A DNA stretch of 64,000 nucleotides from the human T2T-CHM13v2.0 reference genome, Homo sapiens, in assembly GCF_009914755.1 (NCBI RefSeq), contig NC_060931.1, one strand, 5' to 3'. Below, in pieces: positions 1 through 12,732 of the stretch. A program made the translations under genes and the position numbers. The notes below the pieces were generated by a model. It saw only the letters and a program-made list of their open reading frames with translations, was not told the DNA's origin and did no database searches. Each line of letters opens with the position of its first letter. The first letter of the stretch is position 1.

Positions 1-793
1 CTTGTGCACTGAAGTTGGAGACTACGGAGAAGACAAAAAAATACAGAGGAAATAAACTGCTAAAACAAATTAGACCTATCTGAAGGTCTGAAGATAGACC
101 TATCTTGTGGGGTGGCCAGAGTCTAGCGAGGGATAGACTCTAAAGCTCTGGTTCCCAAACCAGAAATCTGTGTTTTTAAAAGCTCCTTGGGTGAACCGGA
201 GGCAGCTAATCCTTGCTAGCATGTGGAACCACTGTGCTTATACTCTAAGGCACATGCAGGCAACTTTCTAGAGAAGTATATCAAGTCTTATAAATTCCCT
301 TCACAGAGAATGATGGGGCAAGGAATTACCTGTTTAGTGACTCTGGGGGGATTATTGGGGGAATGCTGGTCTATGGAAACTCACTTTGAGTCCAGGCCAC
401 AAGAGAATAAGAACGACAGCTATCATAATAGCCGTCTAACATTTTATCTTTACAGCTGGAATTAGCAGGACTAGAGTACAAAAAGGGTGGAAAGGGAATC
501 CTGGTGGGAGGACAGAAACAGACCTACTCCACCGTTTTACCTAGGACTACCCCTAGGATCTCTAAACTCTGTGCTGGGTGCTAAGAATCCAATAGAAAAC
601 TGAGTCACTCTACCACTTCAGCCAGGAAGCTCTCTCTCTAGCCCATACACAACAACCCCCTCCACACTGCAGATGTCCATGTCTCATTTGACACTTACCA
701 CTGACTCCTGTTCCAAACAGTTCCACTGGAGTGAACACTAAACACTGGAGAGATGGGGGAGTTATGGGGGTAGGGAAGGAGGGAGGGACTCAC

Positions 794-965
794 CTGGCAA
801 GGGCAACCCTCATCCTCCAGCCCCCACTGAAGTCTTTTAGCTTCTTGCGCTGCATGGCAGGTGTGAAACCCAGTCCATGCAAGATCCGCGAGGCCCTCAT
901 CTCTGCCTTGTCGGCATCCAGCTCCTCCAGGCGCTCGTAGAGCTCCATGAGCTTCTCACACTCCG
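794..965 (-). CDS. ABCF2: ABCF2 coding exon ([57 protein letters not shown]), with the ABC signature of NBD1
   Basis: CAG acceptor at 966-968, GTGAGT donor at 793; 172 nt, phase 1 to 2; FSGGW signature variant typical of ABC-F proteins. The gene continues beyond the left edge. Confidence 0.96.
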
Positions 966-1047
966 CTGTGGACAGTGTATGGCCATGAGGCTCCTGGGGG
1001 CCTTTCTGGGAGGACGCCCACCCCTATGCCCAGGTCTGGAGCCCTAC

Positions 1048-1230
1048 CATCCTCATGAGCCAGCCGCTCTGCCTCTTTCTCCAGCATGGCCCGCTCTGTG
1101 TCGACTTCCATCACACAATGCAAGGGTGTCTTGTCACTAGGGGGCATCTCTCGAGTCAGATGGTAGATGTCGATGTGCTCAGGGATGGGCACTTCACGCT
1201 TCCCAATAGCAGAGAGCAGCATGGACTTTC
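1048..1230 (-). CDS. ABCF2: ABCF2 coding exon ([60 protein letters not shown])
   Basis: CAG acceptor 1231-1233, GTAGGG donor at 1047; 183 nt, phase 1-1; completes Walker A GLNGIGKS across the splice. Confidence 0.96.
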
Positions 1231-1514
1231 CTGAGAGGGGAGAGCAGCAGACGCTTGGTACAGTGAACTCCCCTATCCCTCTTCACCACTAGTTCTTCCA
1301 CCCCAGTCAAACTGGGACCTCATCCATTTTTTTTTTTTTGAGGACCTTTCTTCCCTTCATTCGTTCAAATCTTGCCAGCCCCCATTCTTGGGATTCCTTT
1401 CTAACTTTCCTCCAATTCTTGCCCCACCCCTTATCTGAAGCTTTTTTCACTTACCACAGCTTCACACGCCCCTGACCAACTTCTCCAGCACCTGCTGTAA
1501 CTAATCATGTGGTA

Positions 1515-1720
1515 CAGGGTGGACGCACCCTAATCTGAAAATCCAAAATGCTCCAAAATCCAAAACCTTTTAAGTGCTCACATGATGCTTAAAGGAAATG
1601 CTCACTGGAGAATTTCAGGTTTTTGGATTAGGGATGCTCAGCCGGTAAGTATAATGCAAATATTCCAAGATCCGAAACACTTCTGGTTCCAAGCATTTCA
1701 GATAAGGGATACTCAACCTG
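1515..1720. mobile_element. TcMar-Tigger MITE (Tigger4a/MER46-like)
   Basis: Terminal inverted repeats CAGGGTGGACGCACCCTAATC / GATAAGGGATACTCAACCTG, with TA at 1513-1514 and 1721-1722. Confidence 0.8.
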
Positions 1721-1891
1721 TACATAACACATACTGCTCTGCGTTGCTAGTTCCTTTCCCCTGGACATAATCTGGTCTCCCATCCCTATTCTAAATGCTT
1801 TGCTCTGAACACAGTTGATGCTAAATAAATGCTTGTGAGTGACAGATGAGCTAAGGAGAGATACCTCCCACCTCCCCTTCCAAGGCCTCAC

Positions 1892-2104
1892 CAATTCCAT
1901 TTAAACCAATGAGGCCATAACGACGGCCTGAGTTTAATTCCAGTTTGGTGTCACTGAGCAGCTCTTGACCATGAAAGGTGAGTGAGAGGTTGATGATGTG
2001 AACATCAGTACTGTTGGGGTGAGAGGCCAGGACGCCAGTGACAGCTCGAGCAGCAGCTTTCTTCATCTCAAAGTCCTCTAGCTCCTTGGTCAGCAAATCT
2101 ACTT
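1892..2104 (-). CDS. ABCF2: ABCF2 coding exon ([72 protein letters not shown])
   Basis: CAG acceptor 2105-2107, GTGAGG donor at 1891; 213 nt, phase 1-1; first half of Walker A. Confidence 0.96.
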
Positions 2105-3420
2105 CTGCGGATAGAAAAGCAGTTTGGGAAGATGGCGTGAGACAGACTCGGCTCTCCACAAAGGTCAACGTCCTGAAGGACCAGGCTCCAATCCTGCTGA
2201 GCACTCAGATGTTTCCCAAACTTTACAGAGTGCACAATGACACAGAGCTGCCCCGACACCCTGCTTTCCTTTGTTTTGTCCTCCCATATCTGTTTACTTA
2301 CTCCCATCACTCTTAACTTCTGTCCTCCACTACTGCGGCCAGGAATAAAACTTCCCCACAGCCTGACTTTATTGCTCTTTCTAATTGCTTTCTAAGTCCC
2401 CCTTTTCTGAACGCCTATCTGTTACAACTTGCAGACTAATTCTCCTTTCCTCTTCAAACATTTACTTAGTGTCTACCTGAGAAGCAAGTCATAAAAAAAA
2501 CCCAAGACAGGGTCCTTGCACTCAAAGATGAAACAATTTAGACAAAGAAACAGGAGATACAACATAAAAAGGTAAGTAACACTAAAAGACAGCAAAAGGG
2601 TATAGAGAATGGAAATACTGTGGTCAGGTTTGACTGAGAGACGCTTCATTATCTTGAGCTGGGCCTTGACAGAAATGTCAAATGTAGCTAGCAAAAACAT
2701 GATGGTATTATAATTCAGTGTGTGAAAGGACAGAGATGTGGTGACTATCCAAGAGATAATAAATAGTCTGGATGGAGCAGAAGGCTGTTTAGGGAGTTTT
2801 CAGGGGGCAGGGAAGAGGGCTGGGATTGGACTGCCAAGGGCCTGGAATAGTCTTTACCGCATATGGCCATGTTTCCCAGTCTAGACGGTAAGTTTTTGGA
2901 GGGAAGACGGTAGTGCCTCAGTGTATAGCACCATGTCTAGCACTTGAGAAATAATAAATATTTCCCAAAATATAAATAACAGAAAGGGAGCTCTCTCCCA
3001 GGAAAAACCCCATAAATCAACTCATAAGTTACTCTCTTGTAGGTAGAGCCACTACACCAGTGAGAGGACAAGCTTATTGTATAATGTAGCAAAGAACCTG
3101 GCACATTGGTCACCATGCATAGAAATGGAAACTGAGAAAGGGGCAGGGAACTGATCCCCTCCTCACAATCTAATAGAGCAGCAAGGCAGCTCAGCAACTC
3201 TCACATCCGCTTGCCACTGAGTATGTGAGAACCTCGTCTTCGGCTTCCTTGCGCAATGACAGGGTGGCACGAATTCCAACTCTACTGATTTGATTCATCA
3301 TGAAAAGTTGCATGACACCAGATACATTCTCCACTACCCCCAGCATCAAGATTCCAACTCTGGCTGGGGCATGCATTAAGTCTTAGCAACCATCCCCAAC
3401 TCACCCCTCCCTCAATTCAC

Positions 3421-3574
3421 CTGTGGTCTCTCTGCCATTGGCCTCATTCTTCTCTGCCACCTGTGGTTCTGTGACAACATCTCCATTTTCTTCATGTCCT
3501 TTTCTGGGCCGCTGTCGAGCTTTGGCAGCCTCCTTCTTTTTGGCTGCCTTCTTCTTGGCCAGGTCGGAGGGCAT
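3421..3574 (-). CDS. ABCF2: ABCF2 first coding exon ([51 protein letters not shown]); whole exon 3421-3616
   Basis: ATG at 3574 (ATCATCATGC), acceptor TTCCTTCAG at 3617, donor GTGAAT at 3420; 154 nt = 51 codons + 1, matching the phase of the next exon. Confidence 0.96.
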
Positions 3575-3899
3575 GATGATGACCCACAGGGGTAGGTTAC
3601 TGTTGTTTCAGGGAGCCTGAAGGAAGGCAAACAGATACCCCCAAACCCTAAACTTACTAGTAAGAATGCCTGGGCCCTGCTCCATCCCTCTCAGGAATCT
3701 TCGTATCAACATCAAGCCTCTGATGCCCTGGCCTGCCCCCGCCTCGTCTGTTCCAACTTGGTCAGGGTATCCCAAACCAATGCCGATTCTCAGCGGCTCT
3801 TCTAATCTTAACATCTCTTCCCACAGGCACCAGTCCCCCACGGACTGCCTCACTTTGGAAACGCTCCTTCTTTCAGGGCCTCCGGCTGGGGACCAGGTT

Positions 3900-4990
3900 C
3901 TGCCCCTCAGCGGAGGTCTCCGTCTCCGGTTTCCCTACAACTTGGCGCTCCGCACTCAGCTAGCCGCCTCACTTTCCGGGCTTCCTCCTCCCGTCCGTCT
4001 CGGGCCTCTTCTCGATCGTCCCTCTCCACATCACCCGGCCGTCGAGCCCAGCCTCTTGCCGGGACGCACTCGTCCTCGCCCGCGTGAGTCCCCTCCGAGT
4101 CTCCACGCTCGTCACCCCCGGGTCCTCCCCCACCCCGCCCGTCAGCTTCTCTCCCTTAGCCCTATCTTCCCCCTCGCAGAGCCCTCCATCCAAACCCCGT
4201 CCCTGCTTCCTCTTCTAATTCTCTTTCCCCCTCACCGGCGGGGACCCTCTCCCTACAGCTCCCCTTCCCCTAACTCACTGGGCCTCGCTGCTCGGCCTAT
4301 GTCGCAACAGAGCTGCTCCTTAGGATCCTCCGCGTGCGGCCGGCTCACCAGCCAATCACGGCCTCGGGTGGTTCTCGGCGCGCCGCCGCGCTGCCTCCTT
4401 GGAAGTGTAGTCCTCAAGTTGCAGCGGCCAAGAGTGAGACCCGCCTTGAGGACTACTATGTATCCCACAGACCTCGCGGGGCCGCGTGACGCCATCAGGA
4501 TGCGCGAGGCTCGGGGAGGGGGCGGGATTAGAGTCCAAGAGCTCTCTGCTAGCGGGCGCACTTCGGGCGCTGGAAACTGCAAATCCCAGATTGCTCGTTG
4601 GATAAACCGGCTGAGCCTTCAGGCTTTACCCCACCTCTCGAAAATCCATTGAGCTGTTGTGGAGTTACGAGTTTTTAGAGCTACCTAACCGACTCAGGCA
4701 GCAGGGCGTGCAACTACACTTCCCAGCTTGCCTCAGCGGGAGTAGATCGAAACAATGGGAGAGGAGAGGTGGGAGCGTGAGGGGAGGACTAAAATGAAGG
4801 GGGCGCTGGGCAGGGAGGGGTTCCAGAAAGCGGGGCATCGCTGCAAAGATGTTGCCAACGGAATTCCTTCACGAAAGAAAGCGCCTTGGTTTCATTAAAC
4901 CTTAATTTTAGAGGCTGGTTCATTGTTAAACTTTTAGAAGGTGCCAGACGTTGTTTTGGAACCTCGGCCGCTTAGCCTCCCCGCTGCCGA
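3900..4990 (-). promoter_or_regulatory. ABCF2: ABCF2 CpG-island promoter with CCAAT box, GC box and ZNF143/THAP11-type ACTACA-nn-TCCCA motifs
   Basis: Dense CpG; AGCCAATCA near 4350, GGGGCGGG near 4518, ACTACACTTCCCAGCTTGC 4713-4731 and related copies at 4393-4411, 4452 and 4576. Confidence 0.85.
4279..4345 (-). other. ABCF2: ABCF2 non-coding exon 1 (5' boundary approximate)
   Basis: A|GTGAGT donor at 4278 inside the CpG island; a second donor-like TG|GTGAGC lies at 4348. The TSS cannot be fixed from sequence. Confidence 0.65.
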
Positions 4991-5641
4991 ATTGTTAGGT
5001 TTCCACTGAAGCCATGCAAGTTTGGTGGAAAGGGCCCCGAGATAAAAAGGCCCCTTGGCTGAGATTTGTTTTATTATTAGTTAGCCATGCTACCGGGCCC
5101 GTTACTTTCCCTTTGAGTCTCACTGTTTAAAATCTCTCACATGACATTTTGGGCTGGATGGTTTAAAAATAAATACAATCTCTCAAGGACTTCACATTAC
5201 CTACATTGTAAACTCCAAATGTTTAGCCTCAAGTACAAGGCAGGCCCTTTGTGATCTTTGTTACTTCTCCAGGCTCCTGTGCAGCAGAAGCCTCACCATC
5301 AGTGACGTTTGGGGCAGCAAAGGAAGCTATTGCTCCCTGTGAGCATATTCTCCAAATGTGGCACCTTTTCGCCCACAGTCCGTGACTCAAACAATGAGAA
5401 TTAGTTTTTCTTCTCAAACTCATACTTCAGTAGAACTTACCTACTTAAATAGTTCGGAGATTAAGCGTGCTATTTTACACCTGCATGCCTTTGAACATAC
5501 ATTTTCCTAGAATATCCTCCACCAACGAAGTGCCTACTATCTGTCAGGCTCAGATATATGTGCTGGAGTTGCAATGGTGCAAAGTCACTCCCTGACCTCA
5601 GGGAGCTCATAATAAAGAAGGAACATGTGAAAAGTAAACAA

Positions 5642-5811
5642 GCCGGGTGTGGTGGCTCACACCTGTAATCCAAGCACTTTGGAAGGCCGTAGTGGGAGGA
5701 TCATTTCAGCCCAGGAGTTCAAGGCTGCAGTGAGCTATAATCAAACCACTGCACTCCAGACTGGGTGACAGAACTAGACCCTGTCTCTAAAAAAACAAAA
5801 AACAAAAAAAA
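5642..5811 (+). mobile_element. Alu monomer (FLAM/FRAM-like)
   Basis: GCCGGGTGTGGTGGCTCAC start joined directly to a GGCTGCAGTGAGC...GTCTC end and an A-rich tail. Confidence 0.85.
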
Positions 5812-6053
5812 CAGACCTTGACACCATGAAATTAAGTGCCCTAAACGAAGTGACTTTCGTGTGTTGCTGGGGTACCTAGGTGGAGACCTCACTTGGCATA
5901 GCATAATTAAGAGCATAACCCCAGTTCTATGCTTCATTGTGTGGCCTTGGGCAAAGTACATGTTCTCCTCTGTAAAATGGGAATATAGTTACAAAAAGAA
6001 TACAGTTAAATGACTGTAAAACCCTTCTGTATGAAGCAAAAGAGTTATTTATG

Positions 6054-6348
<295 letters not shown>

Positions 6349-6386
6349 TTATTTATGATTGTGGATCACATAAAAAGCACTCATTT

Positions 6387-6660
6387 GGCTGGGTGTGGTG
6401 GCTCATGACTGTATTCCCAGCACTTTGGGAGGTGGAGGCAGGTGGATCTTTTGAGCTCAGGAGTTCAAGACCAGCCTTGGCAACATGGCGAAGTCCTATC
6501 TCTATTAAAAAAAATACAAAAATTAGCCGGGCGTGGTAGCGCATCGCTGCGGTCCCAGTTACCCAGAAGGTCAAGGCTGCAGCAAGCTGAGATCGTACCA
6601 CTGCGCTCCCACCTGGGCAACAGAGCAAGACCCTGTCTCAAAAAACAAAACACAACAAAG
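6387..6660 (+). mobile_element. AluJ-type element
   Basis: Diverged Alu dimer with A-rich tail. Confidence 0.88.
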
Positions 6661-6814
6661 AAACAGATTCAAGCGCCTGTGCCTCCTGGGAGAAATATGC
6701 TTCTCCTTTCCCAGCCTCGTTTAAAAATGTGTGGTTACAGATAACAATATTTATTATGCTTTTTCATTTATGCCATCACATTAAACTCCCCACCCCCAAC
6801 AAACTCCGAGGTGA

Positions 6815-7275
<461 letters not shown>

Positions 7276-7559
7276 CCTCCCCCTGCCCACCCTGCCCTGG
7301 GTTTAGCCAGAGAAAAGAACTCGGGATGAGGGGAGAAGAAACAGGGAAAGAGAAATGGGAAAATGGGGGAGAAAAGGAGGTGAGTAAAGAGAGAGGAGAA
7401 AGGGACTGGCTAAATTTGAAAAAAATCACAGAAGGTCAGTGCTGGAAACAAGAATATTTGGCTTAGACTCTGTTTAAATTATGAAGAAACGGAGACCCAA
7501 GGAAGGAAATGTCTCTTGGAGAATTACCTAGGAACTTAGTAACTGAAAAGGATCTGGAC

Positions 7560-7886
7560 CTGCAGTGTTCAGTATGGTAGCCTCCGGCCATATGTGGCTA
7601 TGGAGCACTTGAAATGTGGCTAGTCTGAATTGAGATTTGCTGTTAAGTGTAAAATACACATCAGACTTCAAATATTCCATATAAAAAAAGAATGTAAAGT
7701 ATCTCATCAATAATTTTTCATATTGACTCCATGTTGAAATGATTGGGATATATCTAATAATACAATAAAATATTAAAATTAATTTTACCTTTTTCAACTC
7801 TAAAAAATGTGGTTACTAAAAAATTTTAAACAACATATATGGCTCACATTTGTGGCTTGCACTAGATTTCTACTGGACAGCGCTGG
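7560..7886. mobile_element. hAT-Charlie MITE (MER3/MER33-like)
   Basis: GGTAGCC..GGCCATATGTGGCTATGGAGCACTTGAAATGTGGCTAGT core and TGGACAGCGCTG terminus. Confidence 0.75.
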
Positions 7887-9399
7887 TCTAGAAATCTTCT
7901 GACCTTGAGCTAAGTGTATCTGCTGTTTCCCAGTCTCTTCCAACAAGTCATTTACAACCTATCATGTGCCAGCTGATGAGAACAGATTCAGTTGCAGTCT
8001 AAGGATGAGACTAAAACAGGGATAACAGGTGCTGGTAGGCAATATCAGTGAGTTCTATCTTATATACTCCTAGAATGGTATCTATAAGATATACATACAA
8101 GATATTCTTGAGTGGTTCTTAACTTTACCAGCCCCAATGTTCCATTTTAATAACATTTTTATAACTCCCCATTTACTATTGTGAAATGAAGTTTATAGAT
8201 AGTATAGCCTAACTACATACATAATTTCAAAAAAAATTATAGTGTCTGAACCAAAGCAGAAAGAATAAAAGGAAATCCTTTATAATAAGATAATACTTTT
8301 CAGTATGCTAGAAAGCATAATTAGTCAGATGCTAGTAGTTATGCATAGGAGCACCTTGAATGTGACAGTACAAATGCAGACTGAACGCTATGAATAACAC
8401 TGCTATCAGTGACCCAGTTCTCCAAAATGGTGAGTAATTCCTAATAAATTCCTGAACACAACAAAGTATAATCTTCCTTCTGTTAACATGGTGGTTACAT
8501 TCCTTAAAAATTCAGCACATTTTACACCCCTACAAGATTACTTTGTTTTTTGTATATAAGACACAGGCACATCAGATGATTATAACCAGTTTTTTTTTAA
8601 CCTATATGAATATTCAGTAGGACATGTGAAAGCTGTGTGGGATCAGGACAGTTTTCTTGTGTGATACCATCTTGCAATGTGCAAGACACGGAGCCTCCTT
8701 GGCTCCTCTCCCCCAATCATTTGACAACAAAATTGCCCCGAACATTTCCAAATTGCTCCTTAGGGAGGGTGCCATTCTGGTTGGGGAACCACTGTGGTGG
8801 TCTGAATGCTTTACCTGTTCCCTGTTCCCCAGCCTTACCTTGGGCTGTTCTCCCCTCACCAGGCTCAAAGATGCCCTGGGCCTTCCCAGTTCTTCTCCAA
8901 GCCAATCTCTTTCCTCTCTCAGGACATTCTGGTGCTCTTTTCTTTGCCTGGAAAACTGTCCACTTCATGTCTGGATAACTTTTCCTGAACCTTTGGATCT
9001 CAGCATTGCCAAATTCCCAGTCTAATTTAATACTTTGTTTAGTTTTTCCACAGGACTCTGTGCTTTTCTGCAATGGTACTTATCAGACTGGGATTTCTAC
9101 CTGTTTTATTCTTGCTATGTCAAGCGTGTTTATTACCTGTCTCCCTCAACTTTCAGTTCCCTGAGAGCAGGGACCATGCCCATCTCGTCCACCGCTTGTT
9201 TACCCAGCACTCACGAAGATGCCCGGAACTTAGCATCCTTAGATGAACGTACGTGCCTGGCAAACAACAAACATTTCTTAGGCAACTGAAAGGCTGATGG
9301 GATTCCACAGCCAATTGGGAGAAAAGCGCTCTCGAGGGTGGGGGTATGCTTTTTCCAGGGCAGATGGTGTTCAGCCCAAGTTACGGGGCAGCTTTGGTC

Positions 9400-10180
9400 C
9401 ACTCTGGATTTGCCTGGATTCGCGTATGTGGGGGCGAACGCGTCTTATCGGGGGGCGGCCGGTTGGGGCCAGGCAGCCCGGATCCCAGCCGAGGAGGTGC
9501 GCGGTGCTGAGAGGCCGTGGGAGCGACCATAGAGAACGCGCGGGCGGAGCGAGCGGCCGGATGCGGTCACCATAGAGACGGGTGACTGACAGGCAGCGGA
9601 AGAGGAAGCTGCGGACAGGGGCTGTGAGGTGGCAGCGGCTGCAGCGGCGGAGCCGGCGCCTCAGCGGGCACTGGGGTCTGTTCCCCCTTCCCCGTCCCTG
9701 CTCCCTGCCAGGCGCGTGCGGGACGCCGCTCTTGGTCCCCACGCCTCCGCCCCGCCCCCTCCCGGGACGCCGGGAGACCCCGGCCGTCCTTTATCCGGTG
9801 TCCGCCGGCCCCCGGCCCTGAAACCCGGGCCTCCTCCCCGAGGGCCTTGGGCGTCCCTCCTGGTCCTGCGCTCGCGGCCTCGATGCTGTCTCTGGCGCGG
9901 CCTCCGCTCCCGCCGACTGGCCTGAGAACGAGGTCTGTGCCCCAGTCTCCCAGCCGCGACCTCCGACCCCGCCTCGCAGAACGACCCGAGCTGGTCTCCC
10001 GAGCCCCCTTCTCAGCAGCCCGGTGACGTGGCCAGTTTATTTCTGTTTTGAGACGAACGGCGAAGACTCGCGTCGGGTCTTCGTTCTAGGGCTAGACTTG
10101 GTCTCTGATCGCCGAGAGGTAGCGCAGGGGCTGTGGGCCCCCGGCAGGGGTCCTGTCGGAAGCTGGCCGCGCTTCTGTTT
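9400..10180 (+). promoter_or_regulatory. CHPF2: CHPF2 CpG-island promoter and start of the 5' leader
   Basis: High CpG density; GC boxes, CCAATTGG near 9311, ETS-like CGGAAG near 9597, X-box-like GTCACCATAGAGAC 9566-9579. Confidence 0.85.
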
Positions 10181-11129
10181 GCGTTCCCAGGACCCTGGCA
10201 TTGTCTCTAGTTGCTGCTTGTGCTCTCTCTTTGCTTTTGGTTTGCTTCATTTGGCCCCTGGGGCCCTGGTAAAACCAGGCACCGAATCGCTCGCACACAG
10301 AGTTCCAGTCCCCGCCTGCTGTCTCCTCAGCAGCTGGGGTTCCGAGGAGAATGCCCTGCAAGATGGCTCCATCGGCCATGGCGCTCCTGAGAGGTTGTCA
10401 GTGCTGAGTCACCGATCTACCTCATTCGGGTGGGCAGAACTTATGTGTGCCATGCGAGTGGCTCCAGACCGCTCCTGAGTGGGAGGAGGGGTTCCTGTAG
10501 CCGTTGCGTCTTCTCAAACACGGGGAGCAGAGTAGAAAGAGGCTCTGGCCCCTTCCCTTGTGCCCACCGGGCCTGCCGCAGTGGCTCAGCAGCCCCTTCA
10601 GTAGCCCGCCTGAGGACCGATGCCAGAGGCAGGCATTCTTCCGGAAAGGCCCACTGAGGCAGGCTCCGGCTCCTCTGGTTGGGGCTGTTGTTTTGATGGA
10701 TCGTGTGCTTTTCCCTTACCTCTTATCACTTGCTGTCATCTGTTGACTTAGGCCCAGTCTGCAGATGTGTGTAGTGTTCCTTTTTGGGTTAGCTTTGGCA
10801 GTATTGAGTTTTACTTCCTCCTCTTTTTAGTGGAAGACAGACCATAATCCCAGTGTGAGTGAAATTGATTGTTTCATTTATTACCGTTTTGGCTGGGGGT
10901 TAGTTCCGACACCTTCACAGTTGAAGAGCAGGCAGAAGGAGTTGTGAAGACAGGACAATCTTCTTGGGGATGCTGGTCCTGGAAGCCAGCGGGCCTTGCT
11001 CTGTCTTTGGCCTCATTGACCCCAGGTTCTCTGGTTAAAACTGAAAGCCTACTACTGGCCTGGTGCCCATCAATCCATTGATCCTTGAGGCTGTGCCCCT
11101 GGGGCACCCACCTGGCAGGGCCTACCACC

Positions 11130-11392
11130 ATGCGACTGAGCTCCCTGTTGGCTCTGCTGCGGCCAGCGCTTCCCCTCATCTTAGGGCTGTCTCTGGGGTG
11201 CAGCCTGAGCCTCCTGCGGGTTTCCTGGATCCAGGGGGAGGGAGAAGATCCCTGTGTCGAGGCTGTAGGGGAGCGAGGAGGGCCACAGAATCCAGATTCC
11301 AGAGCTCGGCTAGACCAAAGTGATGAAGACTTCAAACCCCGGATTGTCCCCTACTACAGGGACCCCAACAAGCCCTACAAGAAGGTGCTCAG
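11130..11392 (+). CDS. CHPF2: CHPF2 (chondroitin polymerizing factor 2 / chondroitin sulfate glucuronyltransferase) coding exon 1, with the type II signal anchor
   Basis: Kozak ACCACCATGC at 11130; [29 protein letters not shown] hydrophobic anchor; AG|GTGAGA donor at 11393; 263 nt. Confidence 0.97.
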
Positions 11393-11602
11393 GTGAGAGC
11401 AACATGTGTGCATAGTCCCCAGACACTGGCCCTGTTTTGGGCTGGTGTAAATCCTTGCCTCTGCCTTTCCATTGGCAATCGGCGTCGGGCGACTTGGAGC
11501 AATTCTGGCTTATTTTCCATCATGGTTTCTTTCTGTTTTTTCCCTCCTTCTCAGGTCTTAGAAAGTCTCACATTCATTGGTGTTAAATTAGGGTTCGATG
11601 TT

Positions 11603-11908
<306 letters not shown>

Positions 11909-12167
11909 AGGGTTCGATGTTCTTGAACAGAGGAGGAATTGCATCTAACCTACCTAATCTATCCTTGGTAGACTCCCTCCCCTCCCAAATCAATTCCAGT
12001 GTCAGCTACTTAGTGGATACTCAGTTCAGTACCTAATTAATATTGACAAGGAAGGAAGTTTCTCCCTTCTCAGCCCCAACTCACTCCTAGAGGGGGATGT
12101 ATATTCTGAACAAGCTGGGTTCCTAAAGATTAGGGAGTTGACCTCTGGCACACTGGTCTTTCCACAG

Positions 12168-12732
12168 GACTCGGTACATCCAGACAGAGCTGGGCTCCCG
12201 TGAGCGGTTGCTGGTGGCTGTCCTGACCTCCCGAGCTACACTGTCCACTTTGGCCGTGGCTGTGAACCGTACGGTGGCCCATCACTTCCCTCGGTTACTC
12301 TACTTCACTGGGCAGCGGGGGGCCCGGGCTCCAGCAGGGATGCAGGTGGTGTCTCATGGGGATGAGCGGCCCGCCTGGCTCATGTCAGAGACCCTGCGCC
12401 ACCTTCACACACACTTTGGGGCCGACTACGACTGGTTCTTCATCATGCAGGATGACACATATGTGCAGGCCCCCCGCCTGGCAGCCCTTGCTGGCCACCT
12501 CAGCATCAACCAAGACCTGTACTTAGGCCGGGCAGAGGAGTTCATTGGCGCAGGCGAGCAGGCCCGGTACTGTCATGGGGGCTTTGGCTACCTGTTGTCA
12601 CGGAGTCTCCTGCTTCGTCTGCGGCCACATCTGGATGGCTGCCGAGGAGACATTCTCAGTGCCCGTCCTGACGAGTGGCTTGGACGCTGCCTCATTGACT
12701 CTCTGGGCGTCGGCTGTGTCTCACAGCACCAG
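12168..12732 (+). CDS. CHPF2: CHPF2 coding exon 2 (N-terminal Fringe/GT31-like domain with the DWFFIMQDDTYV acidic motif)
   Basis: TTTCCACAG acceptor, CAG|GTGACA donor; 565 nt, giving 276 codons cumulatively. Confidence 0.97.

Noticed and set aside
71-105. 11-bp direct repeat TAGACCTATCT
   Set aside because: A single short intronic duplication with no supporting structure.
3666-4652. 328-aa plus-strand ORF antisense to the ABCF2 5' end
   Set aside because: Pro/Leu/Arg/Ser-rich with no recognisable domain; long open frames are expected across a GC-rich island. It would need Ribo-seq or PhyloCSF support.
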